IMG/VR virus record: IMGVR_UViG_3300049855_000609
Coordinates: 28,564 to 92,563 of that record
DNA from: a virus
Length of the DNA stretch: 64,000 nt
Reading direction: 5' to 3' (one strand)
The translations under genes and the position numbers were made by a program. Positions 39,709-49,093 of the stretch are shown in pieces (the first letter of the stretch is position 1; every line of letters starts with the position of its first letter). A model generated the notes under the pieces. The model worked only from the letters and a program-made list of their open reading frames with translations, made no database searches and was not told the DNA's origin.

Positions 39709-40320
39709 TTAACTTTTCTTTTTGTGGCCATTGGTCAGATGGGCATTGAATATCTCATCTTCCTTTCTCAGGGGCATGTCCAGCTCCCCTTCAAACTCTT
39801 CAGGGTCTACCGTAGTGCCAAACATCTCATTAAGGCTTTTGACAAACTCTATACGGTAGCTGTGATCTTTGATCAGCACTTTTTTGATCTCCGGTCTCTT
39901 GTTGAAGAACTTATCCAGGTCCTCCTTGTCGTACATCTTGGAGAACTGGCTCATCCTGAAGGTCTCGTAAGTGTAATAGTATTTCTCGGGCAGCTTTATG
40001 ACAACCATGTGAAGGTGGCCTTTTCGGACATCATCAAACACATAGTCATCCTCATACATCATCTCATCGCGGAGCCAGTCCAGGAATTTCTTGAACTCCC
40101 TTTTACCGGTTCCCTGTGGCTTTGGTGATGTATCGATGAGGATGAAAATGTGTTTCTCAAAGCGGATCCCGCTTTTTATGGTGATGATGTCCCCTATGCC
40201 TATGGCTACTTTCACTACTCCGTTCATTCTCTTCTCAAACTCCTGTCCATACTCACGGATACAGGGAGTGAGGTACTTCTTGGTCCTGTTCAACAGGATC
40301 TTTCCTACCTGTAGTTTCAT
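39709..40320 (-). CDS. Hypothetical conserved phage protein
   Basis: 203-aa ORF in the operon; HM.V...P..Y....F....FS.MY. Confidence 0.65.
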   Translation of the reverse strand: MKLQVGKILLNRTKKYLTPCIREYGQEFEKRMNGVVKVAIGIGDIITIKSGIRFEKHIFILIDTSPKPQGTGKREFKKFLDWLRDEMMYEDDYVFDDVRKGHLHMVVIKLPEKYYYTYETFRMSQFSKMYDKEDLDKFFNKRPEIKKVLIKDHSYRIEFVKSLNEMFGTTVDPEEFEGELDMPLRKEDEIFNAHLTNGHKKKS

Positions 40321-40331
40321 AGGCTGACGGA

Positions 40332-41387
40332 TTAAGGATAATAAGAATCGAAGCTCAGGGGCAGATCTCCATTACACTCTGCCACTATTTTCTCCGTATT
40401 AAAGCCGTTTTCCACATACCACTCATACAGGTTCAGGGCCTGCTCAAAGCCACTGGTCTGTCTTTGCAGCAGTCTCTGCTCTTCATGGATGACAGCCCCC
40501 CTTCCCCACCTGCCAATCTTCAACAGGTCCCGGGTACAGGTGTATACCAGTGGCTTCCCCTGTGCTCCGGCCTTGGTGGTCTCCACTATGAACTTGAATG
40601 GCAGTACATCGTAATCCGGGAAAGTGATCTGCAGTCCCAGGGTATAGAAAGCTGCCTGTATGTCATACCGGAATTTCTTCATCTCTCCGGGGAACTGCAA
40701 AGTAGCCCTGCCGGTGCTCTTGGCATCTATTGGCTGTATCTGCTTTTTGTTGTGGTCTATGATGACCTGGTCCAGCAGCATCTTGCATTCATGGCCCCGG
40801 TAGGTGAAGAAAACAGGATATTGGAATTCCACCTCTACTCCCTCTCCACCCATCATGGTCAGGTATTTGGAGGTGTTGTCACTGGTCAGCAGGCTGTCAT
40901 GAATAGCCTCTGCTATGTCCATCTCTTCCCCGCTGAGGATACTTTTCCCCTGGGCCAGGTACAGGTCACTCCAGTATTCATGTCCTTTTTCAATGAGGTT
41001 CTTTACCCGGGTCTCTGCTTTCCAGTTGGTGGCAAACTCATGGCTGTTAGCAGCCTCCAGTATTTCTGTACCATAGTTCTCTGCAGTAAAGGCTCTGGTT
41101 TTATCCACCACTTTGGCAAACACTTCCTGTACTATGGACATGACGGCATCTGAGGGTTTCTCTGCCCGGGAGACATAGAACATGGCTTCAAAGGCATCCT
41201 TGCTCTCCGTGATCAGCATGTCCACTGCTGTGCCGATGAGCAGGTGTGTCTTCTCCTCATAGAAAAGCTCACTTTCTTCTTCTTTTCCCCAGTTCTCCAC
41301 TCCCAGCAGGAGGGCTTTCAGGGAACTCTGGTTGAGGCCGGCATGAGATCTGTACTCTTCGCGCCTCTGTTGTATGGAATTGATCAT
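40332..41387 (-). CDS. PD-(D/E)XK exonuclease (RecB/RecE-like)
   Basis: LNQSSLK, G.AVD..I, K.LLD.....IDAKST, YDIQAAFY. Confidence 0.85.
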   Translation of the reverse strand: MINSIQQRREEYRSHAGLNQSSLKALLLGVENWGKEEESELFYEEKTHLLIGTAVDMLITESKDAFEAMFYVSRAEKPSDAVMSIVQEVFAKVVDKTRAFTAENYGTEILEAANSHEFATNWKAETRVKNLIEKGHEYWSDLYLAQGKSILSGEEMDIAEAIHDSLLTSDNTSKYLTMMGGEGVEVEFQYPVFFTYRGHECKMLLDQVIIDHNKKQIQPIDAKSTGRATLQFPGEMKKFRYDIQAAFYTLGLQITFPDYDVLPFKFIVETTKAGAQGKPLVYTCTRDLLKIGRWGRGAVIHEEQRLLQRQTSGFEQALNLYEWYVENGFNTEKIVAECNGDLPLSFDSYYP

Positions 41388-41782
41388 AGATATTCTTTGT
41401 TTGGATATGCTTTATTAAAAATGATGATGAAATCTTCCAGGGTCATGTGCACCAGGCTCTGGTAAGGGGTCTTTTTCTTTCCTCCCTTGCTCCTTTTCAG
41501 GTGTATCAGCACCTTGGGGGCTTTCAGCCTGGGGCCTTCCAGGAGCTCATTCATCCTGTCCTGTATGTACTGCAGTTCCCCTCCCGGGTTCAGCCCTTTG
41601 TGAATGCCTGTCTTGACCTGGATATTGACCGGGATAAAATCCAGGTCAATACCGCAGTCGTCAAGCAATTTGGAGCTTAACCTCGTAGTCTTGCATTTGT
41701 CAAATACTGTGTTTTCCCGGAACAGGATGGCCATCTCCCGTTCTCCGTTGTGTCCCTTGGTTCTGTTAGTATTACTGCTCAT
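41384..41782 (-). CDS. PD-(D/E)XK Holliday-junction resolvase-like nuclease
   Basis: R.KGH.GERE...DD.GIDL....NIQVK. Confidence 0.75.
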   Translation of the reverse strand: MSSNTNRTKGHNGEREMAILFRENTVFDKCKTTRLSSKLLDDCGIDLDFIPVNIQVKTGIHKGLNPGGELQYIQDRMNELLEGPRLKAPKVLIHLKRSKGGKKKTPYQSLVHMTLEDFIIIFNKAYPNKEYL

Positions 41783-42413
41783 AGATCAGATTTTGCTGTT
41801 GTGTCATGTATTCCGTTTGTTCTTTTACAGACCTAAAGTTAGGAGCTTTGAAGGAACTCTGGAATATCCACTGGTCTACATTATCGGTCTCGAGCATATT
41901 TAACTTTTTTATCCTGGCCTCCCTGATATAAGACATAAAGACCCTCTTCACCGGAAGCAGGGCCCTGTCTTCCAGTAGCCGGTAATTCCAGATCAGGGCA
42001 AACTGGGTGTGGTCCAGAGGGCTGTCTTTTTTGATGTTGAAAACATAGTCTCCCCGGACAGCCAGGCTGAGCAGGGTGTGCTTGATCTTCTGATGTTCCT
42101 CTGTGTAGGTCTGGGCCATATAGCCTTTCATGGCCATTATCTTGTACTGCTGAGTATTATTCCACAGGCCATGAAACACCATTTTATTCATGAATGAATC
42201 CGGAAGTAAGCTGTAGACTGTATTAACCCTGCCGTAACTGGCCTTTGGTTTTTGCCACATCAGCAGTTTATCCTTGTAATCCAGCTCTACAGTCTTGCCG
42301 GTGAAGGCAGCAAACCAGGGAACATACAGGCAGGCAGAGCTGTCATACCACTGCTCTCCCCAGGTGATAGGCTGCCCACTCTCATTTTGCTGTTCAAAGC
42401 TTATTATCTCCAT
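41772..42413 (-). CDS. Hypothetical protein overlapping the end of the E1 gene
   Basis: Likely start MEIISFEQ, 20 nt inside the E1 gene. Confidence 0.55.
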   Translation of the reverse strand: MEIISFEQQNESGQPITWGEQWYDSSACLYVPWFAAFTGKTVELDYKDKLLMWQKPKASYGRVNTVYSLLPDSFMNKMVFHGLWNNTQQYKIMAMKGYMAQTYTEEHQKIKHTLLSLAVRGDYVFNIKKDSPLDHTQFALIWNYRLLEDRALLPVKRVFMSYIREARIKKLNMLETDNVDQWIFQSSFKAPNFRSVKEQTEYMTQQQNLIYEQ

Positions 42414-43122
42414 AGCTCGGGATTTCAGAGGTGAGTAAATCCAGCGGGATATGGTACTTCCACGAAAAGGGAAGCTCCCTGCTGTCTGGTTCTTCTTCAT
42501 TGGTCAGCCAGTTTGTTATAAAGGCTGTCATGTGGGAGGCTATCATGGCTGCTGCATGCGAGGTCTGCTTCATGGTGCATGGATCATCAGGAACATCACT
42601 GCTGTCAAACAGGGTAGCTTCATACAATTCTTCTCTTCCGGGAGTGACCAGGTAGATCTCCATGTGCTCGGCGCCAAGCCTGCCATCTATGAACAGTCCC
42701 CGATCCCCCTCTTTTTTCCATACATTGAACATGTCCCTTCTGGCCTCCATGTTGTCAAAGCAGGATGCCATTACAGGAGAGTAGATACCATGAACTTCAT
42801 CAAACCGGACTGTATAAGTGTGTATAACCTTTTCTGCCAGCATGGATACATGCTCCAGCAGGGCAGAGGTCTTTCTTTTCCCGAGGTCATCCCGGCAATA
42901 CAGCTGTCCTCCTATGTTATGCACTTCCACGGTGTCCATGTCGTAGACATAACAGCTCAGTCCTGCCCGGGACAGCAGCAGTGTCAGCCAGGATCCTATG
43001 CCTCCAGCACCACCTATGACAATCTGGGTATCATAGGCTTTCTGGAACCAGGGGGCATCCTTGAACCTGGCCCTGGTGGTACTGTGCGTGTACATCATAG
43101 CATCTTGTGGTGCTTCTCTCAT
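42394..43122 (-). CDS. ThiF/E1-like ubiquitin-activating adenylyltransferase
   Basis: IVIGGAGGIGSW, D.DTVE.HN..GQ, G..K, CFDN..AR and IDGR motifs; candidate catalytic Cys in DDPCTMKQT. Confidence 0.92.
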   Translation of the reverse strand: MREAPQDAMMYTHSTTRARFKDAPWFQKAYDTQIVIGGAGGIGSWLTLLLSRAGLSCYVYDMDTVEVHNIGGQLYCRDDLGKRKTSALLEHVSMLAEKVIHTYTVRFDEVHGIYSPVMASCFDNMEARRDMFNVWKKEGDRGLFIDGRLGAEHMEIYLVTPGREELYEATLFDSSDVPDDPCTMKQTSHAAAMIASHMTAFITNWLTNEEEPDSRELPFSWKYHIPLDLLTSEIPSYGDNKL

Positions 43123-44429
43123 AGTATACCCTCCCTTAGTTTTTGTTGAGTTAATAATTTTTCACGGAATTTTTCCAGCCCATCCACTATATCCAGCAGC
43201 ATGGGATAGGTATCCATGTTGTACTCCATATCCGATATCACAGCCTCCAGGAACTCTATAAAGAAATTCATATCGTCTTTGAAAGGAGCCCGGTTCATGG
43301 TCATGAAGGTGTCATAACACTCCGTATATTTCTGCAGGACAAAAGCTGCCGGAGAGATGATGTCTAATCTGTCTTCCAGGGCACTGGTAGCATAGTAGAG
43401 GTTATCATACAGCTCCTCTTCTCCTCCCCTCAGAAGAAACAGGATAAACTCCTTTGCCGTTTCCTCTATATCTGTCAGGTCTTTTTTCTTCTCTACCTCT
43501 CTTTCCATGTCCCTGTTAAAACTGGACAGCAGGCTGCCGGCAGTGAACCGGGGATCCTTTCTGGAGAAGTCTGTGTTTCCTACAGGTGGAAGGTCCTTGT
43601 CATCTTCGAATATCCTTTTCTGCCCCGGTTTTGATTTTGACTTATTATTGTATCCACTCTTCTTTGGAAATACGGCTTTCTCATACCCCATCTTCTTATA
43701 CCAGTCCAGCTCATCCCCCACAGCAAAAGTCTTCTTCTCTGCTTTCTCACAGACCTCTGTAACTTTCTTACGAAAGGTTTCCGGGACCAGCAGAGCCTCC
43801 TGCTCTACGATGATATTGCAGTCATAGACATACATCCTGTCCTTTTTATAGGTCAGCTCCACAGTGTCCAGCTCATAAGGCTGTCCCTGTTCATCTTTTG
43901 CCAGCCAAGGGACAGTCACTTTATCCAGCTCCACTTTGGAGTGTATGGCTATCTTCGCAGTGAAGTCCATGAAGTTGTTGACGATCAGGGACAGGTAATA
44001 AAAGTGGTTCACGCAGTTGTCTTCCAGCTCTTCCATGTCTGTGCCACTGAAAAACACCCTCATTACATTATGGGAGTGGATGTGGCCGATGCTGAGCTTT
44101 CCATCCTGGTAATCTTTTTCCACCTGGGGATCACATTCATCGAAATACTGCATCAGCTCTCCCATGTTCTCATACTCGGTATAGGCAGAGCTTCCCTTGT
44201 CCATGGGGATGATGTCCTCCAGGATGATCTTAAATTCCCCAGGATTCTTGATACTCCCCACTGGCCGGAATAGTAGTATCCCAGACCACTCCTCCTTCGG
44301 TATCATGTGGCACAGGTACTTCACTTTCTGCAGGAAGCTTTCCGGCATCTGGATATCTACGATAGGCTTTAATTGCACTGTTTCTATAGAGGTTGAAGTC
44401 GGTTTCCTCTTTGATTCTGTTGTTGACAT
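43119..44429 (-). CDS. JAB/MPN metalloprotease with long C-terminal extension
   Basis: EWSG...GHIHSHNVMRVFFSGTD is an intact E-HxH-x7-S-x2-D JAMM motif; ATGA-coupled to E1. Confidence 0.88.
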   Translation of the reverse strand: MSTTESKRKPTSTSIETVQLKPIVDIQMPESFLQKVKYLCHMIPKEEWSGILLFRPVGSIKNPGEFKIILEDIIPMDKGSSAYTEYENMGELMQYFDECDPQVEKDYQDGKLSIGHIHSHNVMRVFFSGTDMEELEDNCVNHFYYLSLIVNNFMDFTAKIAIHSKVELDKVTVPWLAKDEQGQPYELDTVELTYKKDRMYVYDCNIIVEQEALLVPETFRKKVTEVCEKAEKKTFAVGDELDWYKKMGYEKAVFPKKSGYNNKSKSKPGQKRIFEDDKDLPPVGNTDFSRKDPRFTAGSLLSSFNRDMEREVEKKKDLTDIEETAKEFILFLLRGGEEELYDNLYYATSALEDRLDIISPAAFVLQKYTECYDTFMTMNRAPFKDDMNFFIEFLEAVISDMEYNMDTYPMLLDIVDGLEKFREKLLTQQKLREGIL

Positions 44430-45585
44430 AACTTACAAGATTAGGATTGATTAAATAGTTGGGTCTTTGCTGGTTCTGATGATCTTCAAAGTCCTCCGGA
44501 ACAGAGACAGAGAAGATGACCTCTTTTCCCTGGAAATACAGGAAGTTCTGGAAATGAGACAGATCAGGGATGATGCTGTCACCCTGGCTGTCGTTCATAG
44601 TACGATACTCTCCACCTACCATAATGCACAGGGGATTTATTCCCACTGCTTCTTCATAGGCTTCCGATATCATGTCTACTCCATAGAGTTGGTAAGCCTC
44701 CTGGTTCTGTGCTACTGGATAAACAGTTATACAGGTCTCCGGCCCCTCTCCTTCAGAGAAATCTATGACCTCTACATGAACATTGGTCCTTATTGCAGGA
44801 ATACAGCCATGAGCAACAACCTCTGTTGTCATCAGCATTTTCCAGTGCTGATAATAATTCTCCATTTGATCCCTTGTAAAATAAATAAGGCTTCGCGTTT
44901 TCATATTGGCATTTATATTTCCAAGTTTGTCTATGTTCCGGTAAGGTACTCCTTCCAGGGACTCCCACTCCATCATATCTTTTATGTGGATCAGGATCAT
45001 CTGAAAGAGGTCACAGTCAAAGTCATTGCCTATGTCCACCATCATATCCCGGATATGGCCCTCTCCCAAACAGAAGTTACACCATTCATTCTGGTAATTA
45101 TGATAAGGACGATCTGGATCATCGGAGTCTTTATACCAGGAAATATGAGAATGAAAGTAGTTGTTTATCCACTCCGCTATAGTGACTGTCCCCCGGGTTC
45201 CTGACAGGTTCAGCATGGAAAGCTGTCCCTCATTTATGTCCATGTGGATCCTGACATACAGATCCCGGATAACATGCTCATTGCCATTTGAATTGGTGAT
45301 ATGCAGCTCATCAAAGTAGATGACCGGGTGAAACTGGATGTTTACCTGTCTTCTCTCCAGTACCTCATACTTGTATCCTACCAGGTTGGTCTTTTTGACT
45401 GTCTCTACTGTAGTACGGCATTCTACTGCAAGATCCCAGTTGCCGGGATAGATGTCTTCCAGGCAGGAGATGATCTGTGGGAGCAGGGTTATCCACAAGG
45501 GGTTCATGGAGCCGTCAGAGGCTTTTTCTTTTATCCATTTGCCGCTTTTCCAGACTTGCTGTAAAGTTAAATCTTTGTCTATCAT
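44230..45585 (-). CDS. Prokaryotic E2-like (ubiquitin-conjugating fold) protein
   Basis: YFHSHISW...WCNFCLGEG...WESLEGVPY resembles the Prok-E2 H-x-H...C-L-G signature; lies between Ubl and JAB; likely start MIDKD. Confidence 0.65.
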   Translation of the reverse strand: MIDKDLTLQQVWKSGKWIKEKASDGSMNPLWITLLPQIISCLEDIYPGNWDLAVECRTTVETVKKTNLVGYKYEVLERRQVNIQFHPVIYFDELHITNSNGNEHVIRDLYVRIHMDINEGQLSMLNLSGTRGTVTIAEWINNYFHSHISWYKDSDDPDRPYHNYQNEWCNFCLGEGHIRDMMVDIGNDFDCDLFQMILIHIKDMMEWESLEGVPYRNIDKLGNINANMKTRSLIYFTRDQMENYYQHWKMLMTTEVVAHGCIPAIRTNVHVEVIDFSEGEGPETCITVYPVAQNQEAYQLYGVDMISEAYEEAVGINPLCIMVGGEYRTMNDSQGDSIIPDLSHFQNFLYFQGKEVIFSVSVPEDFEDHQNQQRPNYLINPNLVSYVNNRIKEETDFNLYRNSAIKAYRRYPDAGKLPAESEVPVPHDTEGGVVWDTTIPASGEYQESWGI

Positions 45586-45592
45586 GGCTGTT

Positions 45593-45627
45593 AAATAAAA
45601 GGGATGCCGCACATTATACGGCATCCC
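45593..45627 (-). terminator. Intrinsic terminator directly after the Ubl gene
   Basis: Perfect 9-bp stem gggatgccg / cggcatccc followed on the - strand by TTTTATTT. Confidence 0.85.
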
Positions 45628-45646
45628 TGTGATAAAATCAGGTTTG

Positions 45647-46189
45647 TTATCCTCCCATTTCCATTCTGAGGTCTTCAGCTTCCCTGGCCAGCTGTTCCAT
45701 GGTCAGCTCAGCAGCTTTTTGGGCCACTTTCTGCATGGAATCTTTTTTGGGTGCTTCCTTTACCACCGGTGCAGTGGGTTTCAGGGAAACAGCACCAGGA
45801 AAGGTGTTCACCAGTTTACGGAGTTTCTCCGTAGATTTCCTGGTATAGTTGTCTCCCTTGTTAAAATGCTTCAGGGCAGCATCTCCATATTTTTCAATGG
45901 CAGCCTGGATGAACTGCTTGCACTGCTTGTGAGGCCATGTGGAGGCATCTACACCGGACTTGGTCTTCTCCGGCATCAGATAGATGAGGAAATCCCCTTC
46001 CGGCAACACAGACTCGTTTACCGTGAAGGCATTCTTGGAGGTCCTCTCTACAGCAGTCATGCCGTCATAGGATACACCGTTGTCATCCATGTCATTTTTG
46101 AGGTCTCCCCAGGTTTTGGCAGAGGACGGGAAAGTTACCTTTCTGTTATTCCCTCCCGTAGAGAATACAGTTACATTACGTTGTGCCAT
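45647..46189 (-). CDS. Ubiquitin-like (beta-grasp) protein with C-terminal extension
   Basis: 79-aa N-domain RNVTVFST...AKTWGDLK..M...GV.Y.GM......LPEGDF.IYL.P.KTKSG, then a ~100-aa tail ending MEMGG. Confidence 0.65.
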   Translation of the reverse strand: MAQRNVTVFSTGGNNRKVTFPSSAKTWGDLKNDMDDNGVSYDGMTAVERTSKNAFTVNESVLPEGDFLIYLMPEKTKSGVDASTWPHKQCKQFIQAAIEKYGDAALKHFNKGDNYTRKSTEKLRKLVNTFPGAVSLKPTAPVVKEAPKKDSMQKVAQKAAELTMEQLAREAEDLRMEMGG

Positions 46190-46222
46190 GGGCAAATAAA
46201 ATTTAGTGATTATAAAAATGGA

Positions 46223-47176
46223 TCAGATCGATTGGAGAAACTCCATAAGCAGGGCTTTATCTGTCTTGTACAGCTGTGCAGGATCTTTACCGGGCAGAGT
46301 GAGTATCTCTGTGGGATGGATGGCTGATAGGTCTTGGTGGACCCTGAGTGCAGCCTTGATCCCGGCTTCATCTCCGTCAAAGAGGATCTTCCAGGTCTTG
46401 AACCCCATAAGCGGGGTCAGCAGGTCTGTATGAGGGATCATACCCTCATTCTGGAACCAGATCACACTGTGGACACCGAGGTTTCTGAGTACCCGGCAGT
46501 CCTTGTAGGACTTGGTGATGACCAGGACCTCTCCGTACTCCTCTATGTTAGTAATATTTCCGATGTCATCCTGTGTGCAGTTGGTCAGAAACCGGTGATC
46601 CCTGTTTGTGGGCCGGTATACTTTGGTGTGGACACCGAATTCGGTATAAGCATAGCATATGTCCACCGGCCTCACTACTATAAAGGTCTTCAGCTTCCGG
46701 CTGAAGAACTTATACCATACCAAGGCAAATACCCTGTCTTCCATGAGCTGTGCGGTGGTGATGTCATACTTCCCCCAGTATTCGATATCCCGGGGTTCCC
46801 AGAGCCTGGTCCTGAAAGTAATAGGATGGGACTGTGCCTTTTCTTTTTCCGTGGGGATAACAACAGGGAACTGCTGTCCCCGGAAGCTATCTGAGATCAG
46901 CTTCAGTGTCTTGTCAAAGGGGAGATGTCCGTATTTACGGCTTACCATGTCAAAACAGTCTAAAGGCTTTCTCAGGAAGGCAAAGTCCTTGAACATCAGC
47001 TTGCCGCCTACCCATTCAAAGAAACAACCAGGGTGTTTGTCTTCCCTGATCGGGGAGTACACCTTCTCATAGCAGACTATGGGATAGCCGGTGACCAGCT
47101 TCTCCAGGATCAGCTCCTGGGGGATGGTATCCAGTATCTCCTGCTTGCTTAGGGAGGATTCTTCGTATGAGTACAT
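46223..47176 (-). CDS. DNA primase (TOPRIM)
   Basis: SP.RED.HP.C, ITKS.KD...L, FDGDEAG and KDP motifs. Confidence 0.88.
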   Translation of the reverse strand: MYSYEESSLSKQEILDTIPQELILEKLVTGYPIVCYEKVYSPIREDKHPGCFFEWVGGKLMFKDFAFLRKPLDCFDMVSRKYGHLPFDKTLKLISDSFRGQQFPVVIPTEKEKAQSHPITFRTRLWEPRDIEYWGKYDITTAQLMEDRVFALVWYKFFSRKLKTFIVVRPVDICYAYTEFGVHTKVYRPTNRDHRFLTNCTQDDIGNITNIEEYGEVLVITKSYKDCRVLRNLGVHSVIWFQNEGMIPHTDLLTPLMGFKTWKILFDGDEAGIKAALRVHQDLSAIHPTEILTLPGKDPAQLYKTDKALLMEFLQSI

Positions 47177-47190
47177 GACAGCAGTTTAAT

Positions 47191-47224
47191 GGAAGAGGCC
47201 CCAATGCTATCAGGGCCTCTTTCC
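47191..47224 (-). terminator. Hairpin after the SSB gene
   Basis: Stem ggaagaggccc / gggcctctttcc; weak U-tail. Confidence 0.55.
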
Positions 47225-47233
47225 GGTTAAAAA

Positions 47234-47989
47234 TTATTCTGTTACTGCGACTTCCCACGGAAAATCACCTGTGGACTCCGGATTGGCTGTGGTAGTAGCC
47301 ACTGCCTCTTCTCCGTCACTCTGCAGTTTGGCATAGTTGGAGTTCATGTACCACCCTGTCCGGGTGAACAGGTGCATGTTGCCGGCATCATCCTTGTACA
47401 TCAATGCCCGGGATTCCTTGTTATCGGGGTTCTCGGACTTGATCTCATTCCATTTACCTATTGCCTCCATGGCCTTGCAGATCCATTTACCCTGCTTTAC
47501 CTTTCCGGGTACCTGGAGGTAAGTCCTGGTACTCTCTCCGGAGGGTTGCCACTGGTATTCCATGAAGATGTCCAATGGGATCTCAGCATGGTTAGGTGGT
47601 ATCAGCGCAGTGATGAGGTCACAATACTGCTTGAAGCTGGTGATCTCCCTGCTCAGCGCTTTTTTGATGTCCTCTTCGGACACATAGCACTTTACAATGG
47701 ACACCACCCAGGCACTCAGTTCGGCATAAGCCTTGGCAAAAGCTTCCGGGGCTTCACTTTCATCTGTTACTTCCCTGCCTTCCACGAACACCTTGTTCAC
47801 CGGGAACTTCCGGCAACTGACATCTCTTCCATTGATGTCAAATACTACATCCAGAGCCTGCATAGCTGCTCCTTCTTTTCCTCCTTTGTCGGTGTACTCA
47901 AACTTTTTCAGCTTTGCAGCACCCGCGTTTAATCCAAAGTGATAAGGCGAGGATTTCACCTCATCACTGGCATAGCCATATCCTGACAT
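47234..47989 (-). CDS. Putative single-stranded DNA-binding protein
   Basis: Between the Sak4-like ATPase and primase; acidic tail with DFPW. Confidence 0.55.
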   Translation of the reverse strand: MSGYGYASDEVKSSPYHFGLNAGAAKLKKFEYTDKGGKEGAAMQALDVVFDINGRDVSCRKFPVNKVFVEGREVTDESEAPEAFAKAYAELSAWVVSIVKCYVSEEDIKKALSREITSFKQYCDLITALIPPNHAEIPLDIFMEYQWQPSGESTRTYLQVPGKVKQGKWICKAMEAIGKWNEIKSENPDNKESRALMYKDDAGNMHLFTRTGWYMNSNYAKLQSDGEEAVATTTANPESTGDFPWEVAVTE

Positions 47990-48011
47990 AATTGTAGATC
48001 GGTTTTAGTGA

Positions 48012-48299
48012 TTAAATATTGTTTTCTGATAGGGGGGCTTCAGTTACCCGGGTAGCTTTGGTTGGAGGAGCCACAGTGCCGTCAAAATCATCTACCAGCT
48101 CGAAGCCATCTTCGATCTCCTTGGCTGTCTTACGGCCTTTGAGTTGTGGGTTCTGGAAGATCTTCTTCACTTCCTTCATTTTGAGGCCATACTTCTCAGC
48201 GATAGCTTTTCTGTCTAAACCTGCTTTCAGGTCCAGGAGGATTCCGTTCACGGTTACTTTTACCTTTTCCGTGGTTGTTGGTGTTGTTACTGTTGACAT
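48012..48299 (-). CDS. Small HTH-like protein
   Basis: IL.DL..GL.R..IA.KYGL...EV..IF..P.LKG. Confidence 0.55.
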   Translation of the reverse strand: MSTVTTPTTTEKVKVTVNGILLDLKAGLDRKAIAEKYGLKMKEVKKIFQNPQLKGRKTAKEIEDGFELVDDFDGTVAPPTKATRVTEAPLSENNI

Positions 48300-48361
48300 G
48301 ATGTCTTTACAATTTAAGAATTAAAATAATAACTTATAGCGCTTTTCAGCTTCGCCTCTTC

Positions 48362-49093
48362 CTATTGTCCTTCGTAATACTTTTTGATGTCTGCTACCAG
48401 CACCCCTAAATCGTTGGGGATGGTTATTGGCAGCATACCCGGGGCTGATTTGGCTCCGGGAGTCTCTCCATCGTCATTGGTCACAAAATACCTTTCCACC
48501 TTTTTATCGGCACCGGTTCCTGTTACCCTGGATTTTCCCACCAGGGTAATGTCAAACTTGCCACCGGGAGTCAGGTATTCATCCACCATCTTGCCGGTGG
48601 TCTTCATCTGGTACTCCATCCTGGTCTCATCCACACCGGTTTTTACTGTTTGGTAGTGGGCCAGAACAATAACATTCTTGTTGTCGATCTTCTCCAGGGT
48701 CTTGAATATGGCCCCGATGTCATAACCGATCTTTTTGGGTGCATCCCAGCCCTGTTTGAGGGCATTGTCCATGAACCAGTCCTGCATGATGTAGTTGAAG
48801 TCATCCAGCACGATATTCTCTATCGTGGGATGTACAGCCAGCAGGGACAACACTTTGGTTATCTCCGCGGCATTGTTGGAGATGAATCTCCTGGCTTTGT
48901 TCAGAGATGCCGGATCTGAGTTCCTGGTGGATGGATACTGTTTTGCTGAGCCGGGAAACGGAAGCTCTTTGGAGGTTACAGTGATGAGGTAGGTCTTCTC
49001 CGGGTCTAACCCGACAATTCCCAGGGCCTCATTCTTACCTATGGAAGTGGATTTCCCGAATCCACTATGAGCTAAGACTAAAATTTTGGACAT
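48362..49093 (-). CDS. AAA_24/Sak4-like ATPase
   Basis: ILVLAHSGFGKSTS (Walker A), IVLDDFNY (Walker B), K.TGKM.D, AKS.PG. Confidence 0.85.
   Translation of the reverse strand: MSKILVLAHSGFGKSTSIGKNEALGIVGLDPEKTYLITVTSKELPFPGSAKQYPSTRNSDPASLNKARRFISNNAAEITKVLSLLAVHPTIENIVLDDFNYIMQDWFMDNALKQGWDAPKKIGYDIGAIFKTLEKIDNKNVIVLAHYQTVKTGVDETRMEYQMKTTGKMVDEYLTPGGKFDITLVGKSRVTGTGADKKVERYFVTNDDGETPGAKSAPGMLPITIPNDLGVLVADIKKYYEGQ

Noticed and set aside
42394-43122. ThiF as a thiamine or molybdopterin biosynthesis auxiliary gene
   Set aside because: No ThiS, ThiG or MoaE in the window; its neighbours are E2-like, JAB and Ubl genes.
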